Shown: positions 1-10,779 of the stretch, one piece after another
Position numbering within the stretch: position 1 is the stretch's first letter
Layout: every line of letters starts with the position of its first letter
Source: Bacteroidia bacterium
Lineage (GTDB): Bacteria; Bacteroidota; Bacteroidia; AKYH767-A; OLB10
DNA: 64,000 bases
Reading direction: 5' to 3'
Assembly (NCBI GenBank): GCA_039931675.1
Contig: JBDTRM010000169.1
Location: 993-64,992 of the forward strand
Position numbers and translations under genes: made by a program
Notes under the pieces: model-generated
Databases searched by the model: none
What the model saw: the letters and a program-made list of their open reading frames with translations, nothing else
Told to the model about the DNA's origin: nothing

Positions 1-277
1 TTAGCACGGACCTATTAGTTGCTGTTTATTTTCTCATGCTTACAGGTATTATATTTTATTTTAAACAACATCCTGTTGGTTTTCTTTTGGGAGAATAAGT
101 AGAGACGGAATCATTTAATAATATCAACTATGAAAAATTTTTTCAGAAAATATGCTTTCGATATTTTGAGCAATCTCATCATCATCCTACTTGCTTATGT
201 TTTGATAATGCTGGTTTTAAATTTTTAGGAAAGTGATTTAAAATTTCGGGTTCGGTTCCTTCTTTGCAATCTTATCA

Positions 278-643
278 TTATTTGGCAAGCGGGTCTATTA
301 GTTGCAACTGCCTGATGTGTTTAAAATCTTCTGTATTGTGAGTAATCAAAGTCAATTCAAAATATATAGCAATGGCTGCAACCAGTGAATCACCAAGCTT
401 CATCATTTTTTTTCTTCTTAAAGAAGTTGCAAGTTGAATGATTTCAAAATTGATTTCATAAATTATTGAAGCAGAAAAAAAATCTTCAAAAAAAAGAATG
501 TCTTTATCTGAAAGTTTATTATATCCCAAAACTTCCAAATAATTAATCCAACATACACCGGGTTTATTGTTTCTGATAAACTCTCTTAGTTCAGCAAATT
601 CAGGTTGCGCAGAATAAATGATAATATTACTGTCTAAAAGCAT
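278..643 (-). CDS. PIN-domain ribonuclease, VapC-like type II toxin
   Basis: 121-aa ORF with N-terminal LLDSNIII (acidic PIN residue) and C-terminal THNTEDF motif. Sits 2 nt downstream of a small partner ORF. Confidence 0.8.
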   Translation of the reverse strand: MLLDSNIIIYSAQPEFAELREFIRNNKPGVCWINYLEVLGYNKLSDKDILFFEDFFSASIIYEINFEIIQLATSLRRKKMMKLGDSLVAAIAIYFELTLITHNTEDFKHIRQLQLIDPLAK

Positions 644-645
644 AG

Positions 646-900
646 CTATCTATTTGGAAGTTTACGGTCTTCGCGCTGTTGTTTTTGCCACGCAACAGGA
701 TTTTTAATGGATTTTAAATTTCCGTTCAAAGCAATTTTTTCGAGAGCGTTTGCCATTGCTTTTCCATTTGATTTTTGTTTTATCTTTTTTGATTTGTTCT
801 GTTCTTCATTTATAGTGGCCCTAATTCCCATCCGTTCACTAATCATTTTAACCAACAGTAAATCTGATTCGTTATTTATATTAAGTGTTATTGATTTCAT
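646..900 (-). CDS. Putative antitoxin partner of the PIN toxin
   Basis: 84-aa ORF directly upstream of, and nearly abutting, the PIN gene on the same strand. Lys/Arg-rich tail. No family recognised. Confidence 0.55.
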   Translation of the reverse strand: MKSITLNINNESDLLLVKMISERMGIRATINEEQNKSKKIKQKSNGKAMANALEKIALNGNLKSIKNPVAWQKQQREDRKLPNR

Positions 901-1130
901 TTCGTTTTACATTTTTTTCTTTCACAACAAAGATAAAATTTGTTTTTGCTGTTGCATAATATTTTATCATTCTATCTTCTATTATCCAACTACTGTTTCA
1001 GAATTACCATCTACTGAAAATCAATTACCAGCTTCTTTAAGTTGCTTTTAATCGCGTATGCATTGCCACATTTTTGCATCATCAAATTCAAAAAAAATAA
1101 TTTAACACACAAAATAAAATTTAAAAACAA

Positions 1131-3845
1131 ATGAAAAAATTAATCGCAGCAGTTACGGCATTGAGCATGTTAGTATTTGCACAACAAACAAAAGCTCAAA
1201 ACGCATTTCCGGCAAACGGAAGCACAGGCATCGGAACTTCCACTCCGAATTCATCTTCGATACTCGAAGTAAAAAGCACAACAAAAGGCATGCTCACACC
1301 ACGCATGACTAAAGCACAGCGCGATGCAATTGCTGCTCCCGCTGAAGGATTGCTGATTTATCAAACGAATTCATCTCCCGGTTTTTATTATTACAACGGA
1401 ACAGTTTGGAAAGCAGTTTCAACAAACAATGTTCGCGGATTGAATGCTAATTTATTTATCGGGCAGGATGCAGGAAAAAGTAACACCACAGGTATATCAA
1501 ACATTGCACTCGGCAAATCAGCATTGAAAAACAATTCATCATTAAGCGGTTCAATTGCCATTGGCGATTCATCGTTAATGACAAGCACTTCGGGCACAGA
1601 TAATACTGCTGTGGGTCATGCAACTTTAGCAAACAATACCACCGGTGGCGACAATGCAGCTTTCGGATATGCTGCATTGTACAGCAATACTGAAGGTGCG
1701 TATAACAGCGCATTGGGTTATTATGCGCTTTACTCGAACACAACGGGTGTTTATAATACTGCTACCGGTATGGGTTCATTGTTGAGTAATTCAACAGGTT
1801 CAAAAAATACTGCTACAGGTGCACTTGTTTTAAATCAGAATACGCAGGGAACAGATAATACAGCATCAGGATATTATGCAATGTATTCTAACACAGTTGG
1901 TGTAGGAAATGTTGGAACAGGTTCTTATGCGATGAATGGAAATGTGACTGGAAGTGAAAATACTGCAACTGGTCATTTTGCCATGTTAAACAACAATGGA
2001 AATTTTAATACTGCGACAGGTTCAAAATCTCTTTACAATAATATTTATGGAAATGAAAATACTGCCACAGGATATTTTTCTCTTTTCAGCAATACAATGG
2101 GCATTGACAATACGGCTACGGGTAGTTACTCCTTGTATTCAAATGTTGATGGCAAGAATAATACTGCTGACGGCAAGGAAGCAATGTACAGCAACACATC
2201 AGGCATTGAAAATGTTGCAGTAGGTTACAAGGCAATGAAGAACAATCAAACAGGAAGTGAAAATACGGCTACCGGTGCCAACTCGCTTTTCAATAATACA
2301 ACCGGTGCAAATAATTCAACTTTCGGAGCACTGTCAATGGCTGTCAATTCAACAGGTAGTAATAACAGTGCTGTTGGTTTTGCGGCTTTATATTATAATA
2401 ATGCAGATAATAACACGGCAGTAGGAAGCCAGGCATTGTTTTCAAATCAGCAGGGCTCTAATAATACCGCAATAGGAAGTGAAGCTCTGAAATCAAATAT
2501 TGTTGGTGGGGACAATGTAGCCGTTGGCCATTTAGCATTGAACAAAAATATTTCAGGTACCAATAACATTGGTTTAGGAAGCAGTGCCTTGTATTCAAAC
2601 ACAGCCGGTTCATCAAATATTGGTATTGGTGCTTTAGCCCTCACCTCAAATACTACAGGAAATAATAATATCGGAATTGGTCAATATACTCTCATAAGCA
2701 ATACAATTGGGTTTGATAATACTGCGATTGGATATCAATCAATGGATAACAACACGACTGGGAATTACAATACAGCAACAGGCACTTACGCACTAAGTCA
2801 CAATACTACCGGATACTGGAACTGTGCGTTTGGAAAACTTGCGCTTGAACAGAACACAACAGGATCCGGTAATGTGGGGATAGGTTATTTTGCATTACAA
2901 GCTAATACCTCCGGTGGTTATAATGTAGCAATAGGATATAGCAGCGGGAGTGTAAATGATAATAGTAACAACTGTACTTTTTTAGGCAATGATGCTAACC
3001 AGGCTAATACCAATGATATTTACAATTCAACTGCATTGGGTAGAGGCAGCCGCATCCTTGCAAGTAACCAGGTTCGTATCGGCCATACCAGTGTTAATTC
3101 AATAGGTGGTTTCCAGGATTGGACCAACTTTAGTGATGGTCGTTATAAAAAGAATATTAAAGAAGATGTGAAAGGCATGGAGTTTATACGCAAGCTTCGT
3201 CCGGTGGTTTATAATTTAGATGTAACAAAGCTCAATGAAAAATTAAATTTAACGGATAGCGATAAGGTTAGCATTAAAGAAAAAGAAAGTCAATTGCAAA
3301 CCGGTTTCATTGCACAGGAAGTGGAAGCAGCAGCTCGTTCATTAGGATATGATTTCAGCGGAGTTGACAAACCTAAAAATGCAGATGATTTTTATGGATT
3401 GCGTTATGCGGAGTTTGTTGTGCCCGTAGTAAAAGGAATGCAGGAGATGGATAAGGTGAATGAAGAGTTGAAAATGAAAAATGAAAAATTAGAAAGTGAG
3501 GTTAGCGAATTGAAAAATGAAATTGCAGAAATCAAACAGCATTTGGGAATTGCAACTGATGAGATGAAATCATCATCAAATCACCAAATTACCAAATCAC
3601 CAAATCAACTTCAAATAATTCCGAATCCTGCAAAGGATGTCGCAACCATTCGTTTTGCAAATGAAGAAAACAAAACAATAAAAGTTATTGTGATTGATGA
3701 AACAGGAAAAGAATTAAAATCAGTTTCAACTAACGGTAACGAAACGCAAATAAACACAAGCATATTTGCGGCAGGAAATTATTCAGTGAAGTTGGTTGCA
3801 GATGGAAAAATTGTTTCAGCAGGTAAGATGGTAGTTATTAAATAA
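1131..3845 (+). CDS. Tail-fibre-like T9SS surface protein: signal peptide, ~15-residue N-T-A-x-G repeat stalk, peptidase S74 intramolecular-chaperone domain, coiled coil, T9SS C-terminal sorting domain
   Basis: 904 aa. Signal peptide [22 protein letters not shown]. Dozens of xNTAxGxxALxxNTxG repeats. S74-type block [11 protein letters not shown]...[11 protein letters not shown]...[20 protein letters not shown]-terminal [14 protein letters not shown]...VKLVADGK is typical of T9SS CTDs. Confidence 0.9.
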   Translation: MKKLIAAVTALSMLVFAQQTKAQNAFPANGSTGIGTSTPNSSSILEVKSTTKGMLTPRMTKAQRDAIAAPAEGLLIYQTNSSPGFYYYNGTVWKAVSTNNVRGLNANLFIGQDAGKSNTTGISNIALGKSALKNNSSLSGSIAIGDSSLMTSTSGTDNTAVGHATLANNTTGGDNAAFGYAALYSNTEGAYNSALGYYALYSNTTGVYNTATGMGSLLSNSTGSKNTATGALVLNQNTQGTDNTASGYYAMYSNTVGVGNVGTGSYAMNGNVTGSENTATGHFAMLNNNGNFNTATGSKSLYNNIYGNENTATGYFSLFSNTMGIDNTATGSYSLYSNVDGKNNTADGKEAMYSNTSGIENVAVGYKAMKNNQTGSENTATGANSLFNNTTGANNSTFGALSMAVNSTGSNNSAVGFAALYYNNADNNTAVGSQALFSNQQGSNNTAIGSEALKSNIVGGDNVAVGHLALNKNISGTNNIGLGSSALYSNTAGSSNIGIGALALTSNTTGNNNIGIGQYTLISNTIGFDNTAIGYQSMDNNTTGNYNTATGTYALSHNTTGYWNCAFGKLALEQNTTGSGNVGIGYFALQANTSGGYNVAIGYSSGSVNDNSNNCTFLGNDANQANTNDIYNSTALGRGSRILASNQVRIGHTSVNSIGGFQDWTNFSDGRYKKNIKEDVKGMEFIRKLRPVVYNLDVTKLNEKLNLTDSDKVSIKEKESQLQTGFIAQEVEAAARSLGYDFSGVDKPKNADDFYGLRYAEFVVPVVKGMQEMDKVNEELKMKNEKLESEVSELKNEIAEIKQHLGIATDEMKSSSNHQITKSPNQLQIIPNPAKDVATIRFANEENKTIKVIVIDETGKELKSVSTNGNETQINTSIFAAGNYSVKLVADGKIVSAGKMVVIK

Positions 3846-3887
3846 CCATCCGGTTTTAAGTTGGCAATAAAAATCTTTGTCAAACAG

Positions 3888-3926
3888 GAAGAGCGTATCG
3901 TAAAGGATGCGCTCTTTTTGTTTTTG
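3888..3926 (+). terminator. Rho-independent terminator after first fibre gene
   Basis: Hairpin AGAGCGTATC/GATGCGCTCT followed by TTTTGTTTTT. Confidence 0.6.
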
Positions 3927-4021
3927 CAAAACCCTGATTTCAAAAGATGCAAGTGTTTACCTCCATCTTATACTTTGAATAAGATAAAATTGTACTTGTA
4001 AAAACCTTAATTTTTATTTCG

Positions 4022-4123
4022 CCTTAGTAGAAAAGTATTGCGATAAACCTCGACCTTATTACCTTATTCCTCACTAAAATAAGGTAATAAGGTTGACCTT
4101 GACTTTTGATTTTTCTACTAAGG
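4022..4123. repeat. ~100-nt nested inverted repeat (REP/MITE-like hairpin), function unknown
   Basis: Outer arms CCTTAGTAGAAAA (4022-4034) and TTTTCTACTAAGG (4111-4123). Inner perfect 16-bp arms ACCTTATTACCTTATT (4053-4068) and AATAAGGTAATAAGGT (4078-4093). Confidence 0.5.
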
Positions 4124-4327
4124 TTTTTTATCTGACAATGATTTTGACTCAATCTATTTGTACTAATTTATCAGATTTATAGTATAGTTTCCACCTACTG
4201 TTTCAGAATTACCACTTACTGAAAATCAAACACCGGCTTCTTTAAGTTTCTTTTAATCGGTTGTTCGCTGCTGCATTTTTGCATCATCAAATTCAAAAAA
4301 ATTATAAAACACAAAAAATAAAAACAA

Positions 4328-7117
4328 ATGAAAAAATTAATCACAACAGTTGCGGCATTGAGCATGTTAGCCTTCGCACAACAAACAAAAGCGCAAAACA
4401 CATTTCCGGCAAACGGAAGCACAGGCATCGGAACATCAACTCCGAATTCATCTTCGATACTCGAAGTAAAAAGTACAACAAAAGGCATGCTAACACCACG
4501 CATGACAAAGGCACAGCGAGATGCAATTGCATTACCTGCTACAGGTTTATTAATTTTCCAAACAGATGCCACACCGGGATTTTATTATTACACCGGCACT
4601 TTATGGAAAGCAGTTTCAACAAACAACGTGCGCGGACTGAATGAAAATTTATTCATCGGTTTGGACGCTGGTAAAAGTAACACCACGGGTATATCAAACA
4701 TTGCGCTCGGAAAAGAAGCATTAAAAAACAACAACACTCAAAGCGGTTCAATTGCTATAGGTGATTCATCATTAATGACAAGTACTTCGGGCACAGATAA
4801 TACTGCTGTAGGTCATGCAACTTTATCAAAGAATACTACAGGTGGCGATAATATTGCATTCGGATATTCAGCATTATTTAACAACACAACAGGAAGTCAT
4901 AACAGCGCGCTGGGTTATAATACACTTTATCATAACACAACCGGCAATGAAAATACATCAACAGGAATGGGTTCTATGTTAAGCAATTCATCGGGAAGTT
5001 TTAATACTGCAAACGGTGCATTTGTTCTTAATCATAATATTACCGGTGAAGGAAACACTGCATCAGGTTACAGTTCGCTGTATTCAAATACAAGCGGCAA
5101 TTTAAATGTGGCTTATGGCAGCAATTCATTATATAATAATACCGTAGGGGAACGAAATGTGGCAGTTGGTTCCAGTTCGCTATTGAGCAACATTAGCGGC
5201 AATGAAAATATCGCCATAGGAAACGAAGCATTAAATATGAATTCTACAGGTGACGGAAATGTGGCAGTAGGCACAGAAAGCCTTAACAGCAACATGACCG
5301 GAAAGTATAATACTGCAGTAGGAACTTATACACTAAACAGGAATGAAACCGGAAATTATAATACTGCTTTAGGTACATCATCTTTGCTTTATAATCAATC
5401 GGGAAATGAAAATGTTGCAACCGGGTATCTCGCTATGCAGTTCAATATTAATGGCAATGATAATTCATCTTACGGATACCGGGCGTTAACCAATAATGTT
5501 TCGGGAAGTAATAATGTTGCAATGGGAGCTAATTCAATGAATGCAAATACAACCTCCAGCAACAATACGGCTATAGGTGCTTATACCATGGTTGCAAATA
5601 CAACAGGTACCGGTAACAGTGCGTTTGGATTTGGTGCATTGTATTTTAATAATGCAAATAATAATACAGCGATAGGAAACCAGGCATTATTTGCAAACCA
5701 GCAGGGTACTAATAATACTGCAGTTGGAGTGGAAGCACTCAAGTCAAATACTTCAGGATGGAATAATATTGCAATTGGTTACACTGCATTAAACAAAAAT
5801 GTTGCGGGTACATATAATATCGGTATAGGTAATGGTGCCTTATATTCTAATACCGGTGGTGCATCAAATATTGCAATCGGGGAATTAACGTTAACCGCAA
5901 ATACAACAGGAAATTATAACATCGGAATCGGTGGATACTCTCTTATCAATAATACAACAGGAATTCAAAATATTGCATTAGGATATAATTCACTTGGCAG
6001 TAACGTAACAGGAAATAATAATACAGCCATCGGTACTTATTCGCAGTATCATAATACAACGGGGGTAAACAATACTTCAAGCGGATATAGTTCACTTAAT
6101 AATAACACTACGGGATTTTATAATACTGTAGCAGGTTATAATGCTATGTACACGAATACAACCGGAAGTCAGAATGTTGCGTTCGGATACGATGCAGGAA
6201 GCTACAATGACAATAGCACCAAGTGTACTTTTGTAGGATATGGCTCAGACCAAAACTCATACCTGGATTTAACCAATTCAATGGCAATTGGAAATGCAAG
6301 CCGCATTTCAGCATCAAACCAGGTGCGTATCGGTAATACAGCTATAACTTCAATCGGTGGATTCCAGGATTGGACAAACCTTAGTGATGGTCGTTATAAA
6401 AAGAATATCAAAGAAGAAGTAAAAGGCATGGAGTTTATCCGCAAGCTGCGCCCCGTGGTTTATAATTTAGATGTAACGAAGCTCAATGAAAAATTAAATG
6501 TAAGGGATAGTGATAAGGTTAGCATCAAAGAAAAAGAAAGTGCATTACAAACCGGTTTCATTGCACAGGAAGTGGAAGCAGCAGCGCGTTCAGTAGATTA
6601 TGATTTCAGCGGAGTTGACAAACCGAAAAATACAGATGATTTTTACGGATTGCGTTATGCAGAATTTGTAGTCCCTGTTATAAAAGGTATGCAGGAAATG
6701 GATAAAGAAAATACAGAATTGAAAATTAAAAATGCTGAATTAGAAAGCAGTGTTAAAGAATTAAAAAATGAAAATGCTGATTTGAAAAATGAAATTTCAT
6801 TAATCAAAAAACATTTGGGAATTTCTAATGCCGAAGAAAAATCATCATCAAATTCCAAAACAACTGAAGAATCAAAACAACTTCAAATAATTCCGAATCC
6901 AGCAAAAGATATTGCAACCATTCGATTTGCCAATGAGGAAAACAAAACAATTAAAGTTATAGTGATGGATGCAACAGGAAAAGAAGTTAGTTCAGTTTCA
7001 ACTAACAGTAACGAAATACAAATCAATACAAGTGCATTTGCGTCAGGAAATTATTCAGTGAAGTTAGTTGCTGATGGAAAAATTATTTCAACATGTAAGA
7101 TGGTCGTGGTGAAATAG
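4328..7117 (+). CDS. Tail-fibre-like T9SS surface protein, tandem paralogue of 1131..3845
   Basis: 929 aa. The N-terminal ~110 aa and C-terminal ~290 aa (S74 chaperone block, coiled coil, T9SS CTD) are near-identical to the upstream copy. The central NTAxG repeat region is diverged. Confidence 0.9.
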   Translation: MKKLITTVAALSMLAFAQQTKAQNTFPANGSTGIGTSTPNSSSILEVKSTTKGMLTPRMTKAQRDAIALPATGLLIFQTDATPGFYYYTGTLWKAVSTNNVRGLNENLFIGLDAGKSNTTGISNIALGKEALKNNNTQSGSIAIGDSSLMTSTSGTDNTAVGHATLSKNTTGGDNIAFGYSALFNNTTGSHNSALGYNTLYHNTTGNENTSTGMGSMLSNSSGSFNTANGAFVLNHNITGEGNTASGYSSLYSNTSGNLNVAYGSNSLYNNTVGERNVAVGSSSLLSNISGNENIAIGNEALNMNSTGDGNVAVGTESLNSNMTGKYNTAVGTYTLNRNETGNYNTALGTSSLLYNQSGNENVATGYLAMQFNINGNDNSSYGYRALTNNVSGSNNVAMGANSMNANTTSSNNTAIGAYTMVANTTGTGNSAFGFGALYFNNANNNTAIGNQALFANQQGTNNTAVGVEALKSNTSGWNNIAIGYTALNKNVAGTYNIGIGNGALYSNTGGASNIAIGELTLTANTTGNYNIGIGGYSLINNTTGIQNIALGYNSLGSNVTGNNNTAIGTYSQYHNTTGVNNTSSGYSSLNNNTTGFYNTVAGYNAMYTNTTGSQNVAFGYDAGSYNDNSTKCTFVGYGSDQNSYLDLTNSMAIGNASRISASNQVRIGNTAITSIGGFQDWTNLSDGRYKKNIKEEVKGMEFIRKLRPVVYNLDVTKLNEKLNVRDSDKVSIKEKESALQTGFIAQEVEAAARSVDYDFSGVDKPKNTDDFYGLRYAEFVVPVIKGMQEMDKENTELKIKNAELESSVKELKNENADLKNEISLIKKHLGISNAEEKSSSNSKTTEESKQLQIIPNPAKDIATIRFANEENKTIKVIVMDATGKEVSSVSTNSNEIQINTSAFASGNYSVKLVADGKIISTCKMVVVK

Positions 7118-7170
7118 GACTGAGATTACAACATGGCTTTCTGAAAGTTTAGCGATTAAATAATCCTCTG

Positions 7171-7201
7171 AAAAAGTGTTTCGTAACGGAAACACTTTTT
7201 T
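7171..7201 (+). terminator. Rho-independent terminator after second fibre gene
   Basis: AAAAAGTGTTTC-GTAAC-GGAAACACTTTTT hairpin with T-run. Confidence 0.65.
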
Positions 7202-7289
7202 GGCATTTGCGCCATTCATTCCAATTAAATTCATTTCAACTTGCACAAGGAATTTACTTTTAAAGGCAAGTAACCGATTTTAATAAGGC

Positions 7290-7322
7290 AATAAAAAATG
7301 CCATCTGGAAGGATGGCATTTT
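7290..7322 (-). terminator. Rho-independent terminator of 7340..7969
   Basis: AAAATGCCATC/GATGGCATTTT hairpin. On the minus strand it is followed by a T-run. Confidence 0.6.
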
Positions 7323-7339
7323 AATAATGAAAGAATTAA

Positions 7340-7969
7340 TTATTTCGTAACGCGCCATATTGCATAAATAACACCGGGTATAATAAGACAAAACCAAAGA
7401 AGAATACTTAACCAGAAAGGTCCGTGAATGCCTTCGTAAAGACCTACCGCTAATGGTGGAAGAATAATCGCAAATAAAATATAAGCCCACAATGGAATGT
7501 CTGTATCGCCCGGAGCTTTATGACGCAAAAATTTCCTCATTTCTTTTCTGTCTGCTTTTGTATATTTTTTTGCAGCGACTACCGGCTCATTTTTGTTTTC
7601 TTTTACAACATCGCTTTTTACAGCTTCATTTGATTTTGCATTTAAATTATTTGCATCTGTTTCAACACTATTAATAACAGCAGGTGTTTGTCCATTAGAT
7701 GCAATTAAAACGGGTTCAGCAGTTTTTGATTCATTTTGAATTGTTGCTTCAACAGATTTCATTTTACTGAGGTTTTCAGTTGACGCTGGTGCTTGATCTG
7801 TAGTATTTGCTTTTTGTTGTACATCATTTTTATTGCCATGCCAGGCTACAGAATAACCTTTACGGTAATGACGTTTTTCAATGCTAAGTCCTTTTTCAGA
7901 ACTGCATGATGAAAAAATTGATGCAGTAATAGCTACTGCAATTAAACGGAGGAGATTGTTTTTTTTCAT
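7340..7969 (-). CDS. Lipoprotein with C-terminal YqaE/Pmp3-family membrane domain
   Basis: 209 aa. Lipobox ...IFSSCSS. C-terminus ILFAIILPPLAVGLYEGIHGPFWLSILLWFCLIIPGVIYAIWRV matches the Pmp3/YqaE pattern (ILPPL...IPG.I.A.W). Confidence 0.75.
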   Translation of the reverse strand: MKKNNLLRLIAVAITASIFSSCSSEKGLSIEKRHYRKGYSVAWHGNKNDVQQKANTTDQAPASTENLSKMKSVEATIQNESKTAEPVLIASNGQTPAVINSVETDANNLNAKSNEAVKSDVVKENKNEPVVAAKKYTKADRKEMRKFLRHKAPGDTDIPLWAYILFAIILPPLAVGLYEGIHGPFWLSILLWFCLIIPGVIYAIWRVTK

Positions 7970-7987
7970 AATTTGAAGTTTTAAAAT

Positions 7988-8611
7988 TTACGACTGCTTT
8001 TTATTTAAATTAAAATACCATGCTAAATTAATTCCAAACACCCGATTATAAGTATTAGTGGTGGCAGTAGGAATAATGTTTGATAATCCCCAATCAACAA
8101 AAAAGAGGCCTTCAAAATTTTCGCGGAAGTCGGCACCTACCTGAAACACTATACCAAAATCTGATGATTTTAAATTATCGGAACTACTGTTACCAAAGTC
8201 AATTTTTTTTGATTCTTTATATCCGCTTTCATAATAGTAATACTTGCCTGCAATGCCAAATGCGTAATAACCTCCCAAACCAACGATAACTTTTGATTGT
8301 TCACTTGTTTCAAACTTGAAACGCCCCACAACCGGTAACTCAAGATAAACTGGTTTCATTGTGTATTTATAGCCATAGATATCTTTGAATGAATATCCTT
8401 TGCTACTTGCCAATACCTGGAAATGGATATCAACATCGTGAGTAACAGGCACCAATGCCACAGCGCCAAAGTTAAATGCAAATCGCGAATCAGTATTATA
8501 AGAGCTTCCTTTAACGTTGGTTAATTGTGCACCAACAGTAGGCCCAATCTTTACTTGTGCAAAGCCCCTAAAGCTTAATATTAGCAGAACTATGATGATG
8601 GCGTTTTTCAT
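7988..8611 (-). CDS. Outer-membrane beta-barrel protein (porin/OmpW-like family)
   Basis: Signal peptide from the internal Met (MKNAIIIVLLILSFRGFAQ), alternating beta-strand pattern, aromatic-rich C-terminal strand. Start moved from 8638 to 8611. Confidence 0.75.
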   Translation of the reverse strand: MKNAIIIVLLILSFRGFAQVKIGPTVGAQLTNVKGSSYNTDSRFAFNFGAVALVPVTHDVDIHFQVLASSKGYSFKDIYGYKYTMKPVYLELPVVGRFKFETSEQSKVIVGLGGYYAFGIAGKYYYYESGYKESKKIDFGNSSSDNLKSSDFGIVFQVGADFRENFEGLFFVDWGLSNIIPTATTNTYNRVFGINLAWYFNLNKKQS

Positions 8612-8668
8612 TTTTATTTTGAGATTAAACAGATGCAATTAAAGAGGAATATTTGAAAAAATAAAACA

Positions 8669-9826
8669 TTACAAATAAGGGTGTCGTTTAAATTCTTTAT
8701 CACGATCAAATAAATAACGATAGGTTTTTAGAATCCTGCTCTTGTGCGTGGTAAGTGTTTCTGCAACACTGATCATCCTGGGATTAAAATCTCCTATCCA
8801 TTGCATTTCATATTCTTCGTATTGCATTTTATGCTGCACAATAAATGATGATTCAATAATGAGATAGCTATCAACTCCCTTGCCCTGGTGTTCAGGAATA
8901 ACACCAAACACAATTCCGAGAAATTTCTTTATGTACCCGCGCTTGAGCATCCACACAAAACGAAGTTTTTCAATCCATCCAAACTTTCCGTTAAAGTGCC
9001 TGAAGAGTTGATTTATATCAGGAATATTTATAAAGAATGCAACAGGTTCATCCTTATAATAAACGAAGTAAATTATTTTTTCATCCATCACTGGTTTCAT
9101 CTTATTGAAAAGCATTTGCACCTGTTTCGATTCTAAAGCTTTGCCTTCGCCATGTTTCACCCATGCCTTATTATATATGGTGCGAAAGTCTTCGGCATAC
9201 TTTTCTAACTTGTTTTTTTTCAGATACTCGAAGCGATAATTTTTATCGGCAGCAATAATTTTATGACGCTCATAAAGTTTTTCCTGCAATGGTGCATCAG
9301 GATGCATTGCAAAACAATATTGTTCAAAGTATATTTGAAAACCATACGATTCAAATAACTCCACATAATATGGTTTGTTATAATTCATTTTATAGGGCAC
9401 AGGAGAAAAACCATAAGTGATCAATCCCCACCATGCATCGCGTTCCCCAAAATTTATCGGCCCATCCATGGCTTCCATTCCTTTTTCCTGCAACCACATT
9501 TTACAATGGTCGAACATAAAATGCGCTGCGGCTTTATCATTTATACATTCAAAAAAACCAATGCCTCCTGTCGGTTGATTTTCTCTGCGAGATGTTTTAT
9601 CGTTTATAAAAGCTGCTATGCGACCAATAGGTTTTTGTGAATCATCAAACAATAAAAAACGTGTACACTTACCATGACGGAAAAATTTATTTTTCTGAGG
9701 ATCAAAAACCTCTTCAATATCTTTATCTAAAGGGCGAATCCAGTTAGGGTCATCTTTATAAATCTGAAGCGGCAGTTCTAAAAAAAGTTTTTTATCAGCC
9801 TTGGCAACTACTTCGCGAATCTGCAT
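8669..9826 (-). CDS. Conserved hypothetical protein, possibly GNAT-fold acyltransferase
   Basis: 385-aa ORF with no overlap conflicts. The N-terminal pattern LELPLQIYKDDPNWIRPLDKDIEEVF resembles a Bacteroidota family usually annotated as GNAT-like. The function call is weak. Confidence 0.6.
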   Translation of the reverse strand: MQIREVVAKADKKLFLELPLQIYKDDPNWIRPLDKDIEEVFDPQKNKFFRHGKCTRFLLFDDSQKPIGRIAAFINDKTSRRENQPTGGIGFFECINDKAAAHFMFDHCKMWLQEKGMEAMDGPINFGERDAWWGLITYGFSPVPYKMNYNKPYYVELFESYGFQIYFEQYCFAMHPDAPLQEKLYERHKIIAADKNYRFEYLKKNKLEKYAEDFRTIYNKAWVKHGEGKALESKQVQMLFNKMKPVMDEKIIYFVYYKDEPVAFFINIPDINQLFRHFNGKFGWIEKLRFVWMLKRGYIKKFLGIVFGVIPEHQGKGVDSYLIIESSFIVQHKMQYEEYEMQWIGDFNPRMISVAETLTTHKSRILKTYRYLFDRDKEFKRHPYL

Positions 9827-9954
9827 ATTTAGTTTTTGTTTGAGCGTTCAAAGTTAATATTCAATTAATGAATCAATCAATTCCGATACATCGGAACAAA
9901 TTATCACTTCACAAATTACCAAATCACCAAATTTCCATTTCCTTTGTCGTAATT

Positions 9955-10779
9955 ATGAATTCAACCTTAAGGGATAAAGTAGTAATTATTACGGGAGCTT
10001 CATCAGGTATTGGCAGAGCGTGCGCCTTGACTTTTTCGGCAGCCGGTGCCCATGTAGTATTGGCAGGGCGTAATTTAGATAAGTTAGGTGAGGTTGCAGG
10101 CACAATCAAAAAAAACGGATGTGCTGTGCTGGTTATACCTTGTGATGTTACCCATGAGGAGGATTGCAAAAACCTTATGAATGCTGCAATGGAAAGATTT
10201 AAAAAAATTGATGTTTTAATTTGTAATGCGGGTATATCCATGCGGGCTACGTTTGCAGATGTAGATCTGAAAGTGATACGGCTTTTGATGGAAACAAATT
10301 TTTGGGGGGCAGTTTATTGTACAAAATATGCATTGCCCTATTTATTAAATTCGCAGGGAAGCGTAGTTGCTATTTCTTCAATTGCAGGCAAAATGGGTTT
10401 GCCGGGTCGTACCGGATATAGCGCTTCTAAATATGCATTAGAAGGATTTATGGAAACCCTGCGCACTGAAAATTTAAAAAATCACCTGCATGTGTTGGTG
10501 GCACGGCCTGGTTTTACAAGAAGCGCCATTCGCGAGCATGCACTTGCAGCCAACGGAATTGAGCAAAGAGAATCGCCACGTGATGAGGATAAAATGATGA
10601 GTGCTGATGAAGTGTCAAAGCATATTTTAAATGCTGTACTGAAAAGAAAGCGTGATTTAATTTTAACGAAAAACGGAAAACTTACTGTATGGATTAATAA
10701 ATTCTTTCCGGCACTGATGGATAAATTGGTTTATGATCACATGTCGAAAGAACCGGGAAGCCCATTTAAGCCTGTTTAA
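9955..10779 (+). CDS. Short-chain dehydrogenase/reductase (SDR) family oxidoreductase
   Basis: TGASSGIGRA cofactor motif and YSASKYAL catalytic motif. Start placed at the internal ATG 9955 (MNSTLRDKVVIITGASSGIG); the 29 upstream codons look non-coding. Confidence 0.9.
   Translation: MNSTLRDKVVIITGASSGIGRACALTFSAAGAHVVLAGRNLDKLGEVAGTIKKNGCAVLVIPCDVTHEEDCKNLMNAAMERFKKIDVLICNAGISMRATFADVDLKVIRLLMETNFWGAVYCTKYALPYLLNSQGSVVAISSIAGKMGLPGRTGYSASKYALEGFMETLRTENLKNHLHVLVARPGFTRSAIREHALAANGIEQRESPRDEDKMMSADEVSKHILNAVLKRKRDLILTKNGKLTVWINKFFPALMDKLVYDHMSKEPGSPFKPV

Noticed and set aside
3-228. A possible 3' end of a membrane-protein gene (3..98, ...LVAVYFLMLTGIIFYFKQHPVGFLLGE*) and a 32-codon ORF (130..228, MKNFFRKYAFDILSNLIIILLAYVLIMLVLNF*)
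   Set aside because: Both are too short and truncated by the window edge to support. They are plausible but unverifiable.
707-1051. 114-aa plus-strand ORF
   Set aside because: It is antisense to the antitoxin ORF and runs into AT-rich intergenic DNA. Its low-complexity Phe/Ile-rich product is typical of spurious ORFs in AT-rich sequence.
4216-4644. ORFs 4216..4572 (-) and 4261..4644 (+) overlapping the start of the second fibre gene
   Set aside because: They lie in alternative frames of a strongly supported CDS whose paralogue confirms the frame.
9868-9954. N-terminal extension of the SDR gene, and likewise the extensions at 62160-62207 (rpsL), 19267-19329 (M13 peptidase), 8612-8638 and 22441-22497
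   Set aside because: In each case an internal ATG gives the canonical family N-terminus or signal peptide, and the upstream codons look non-coding.
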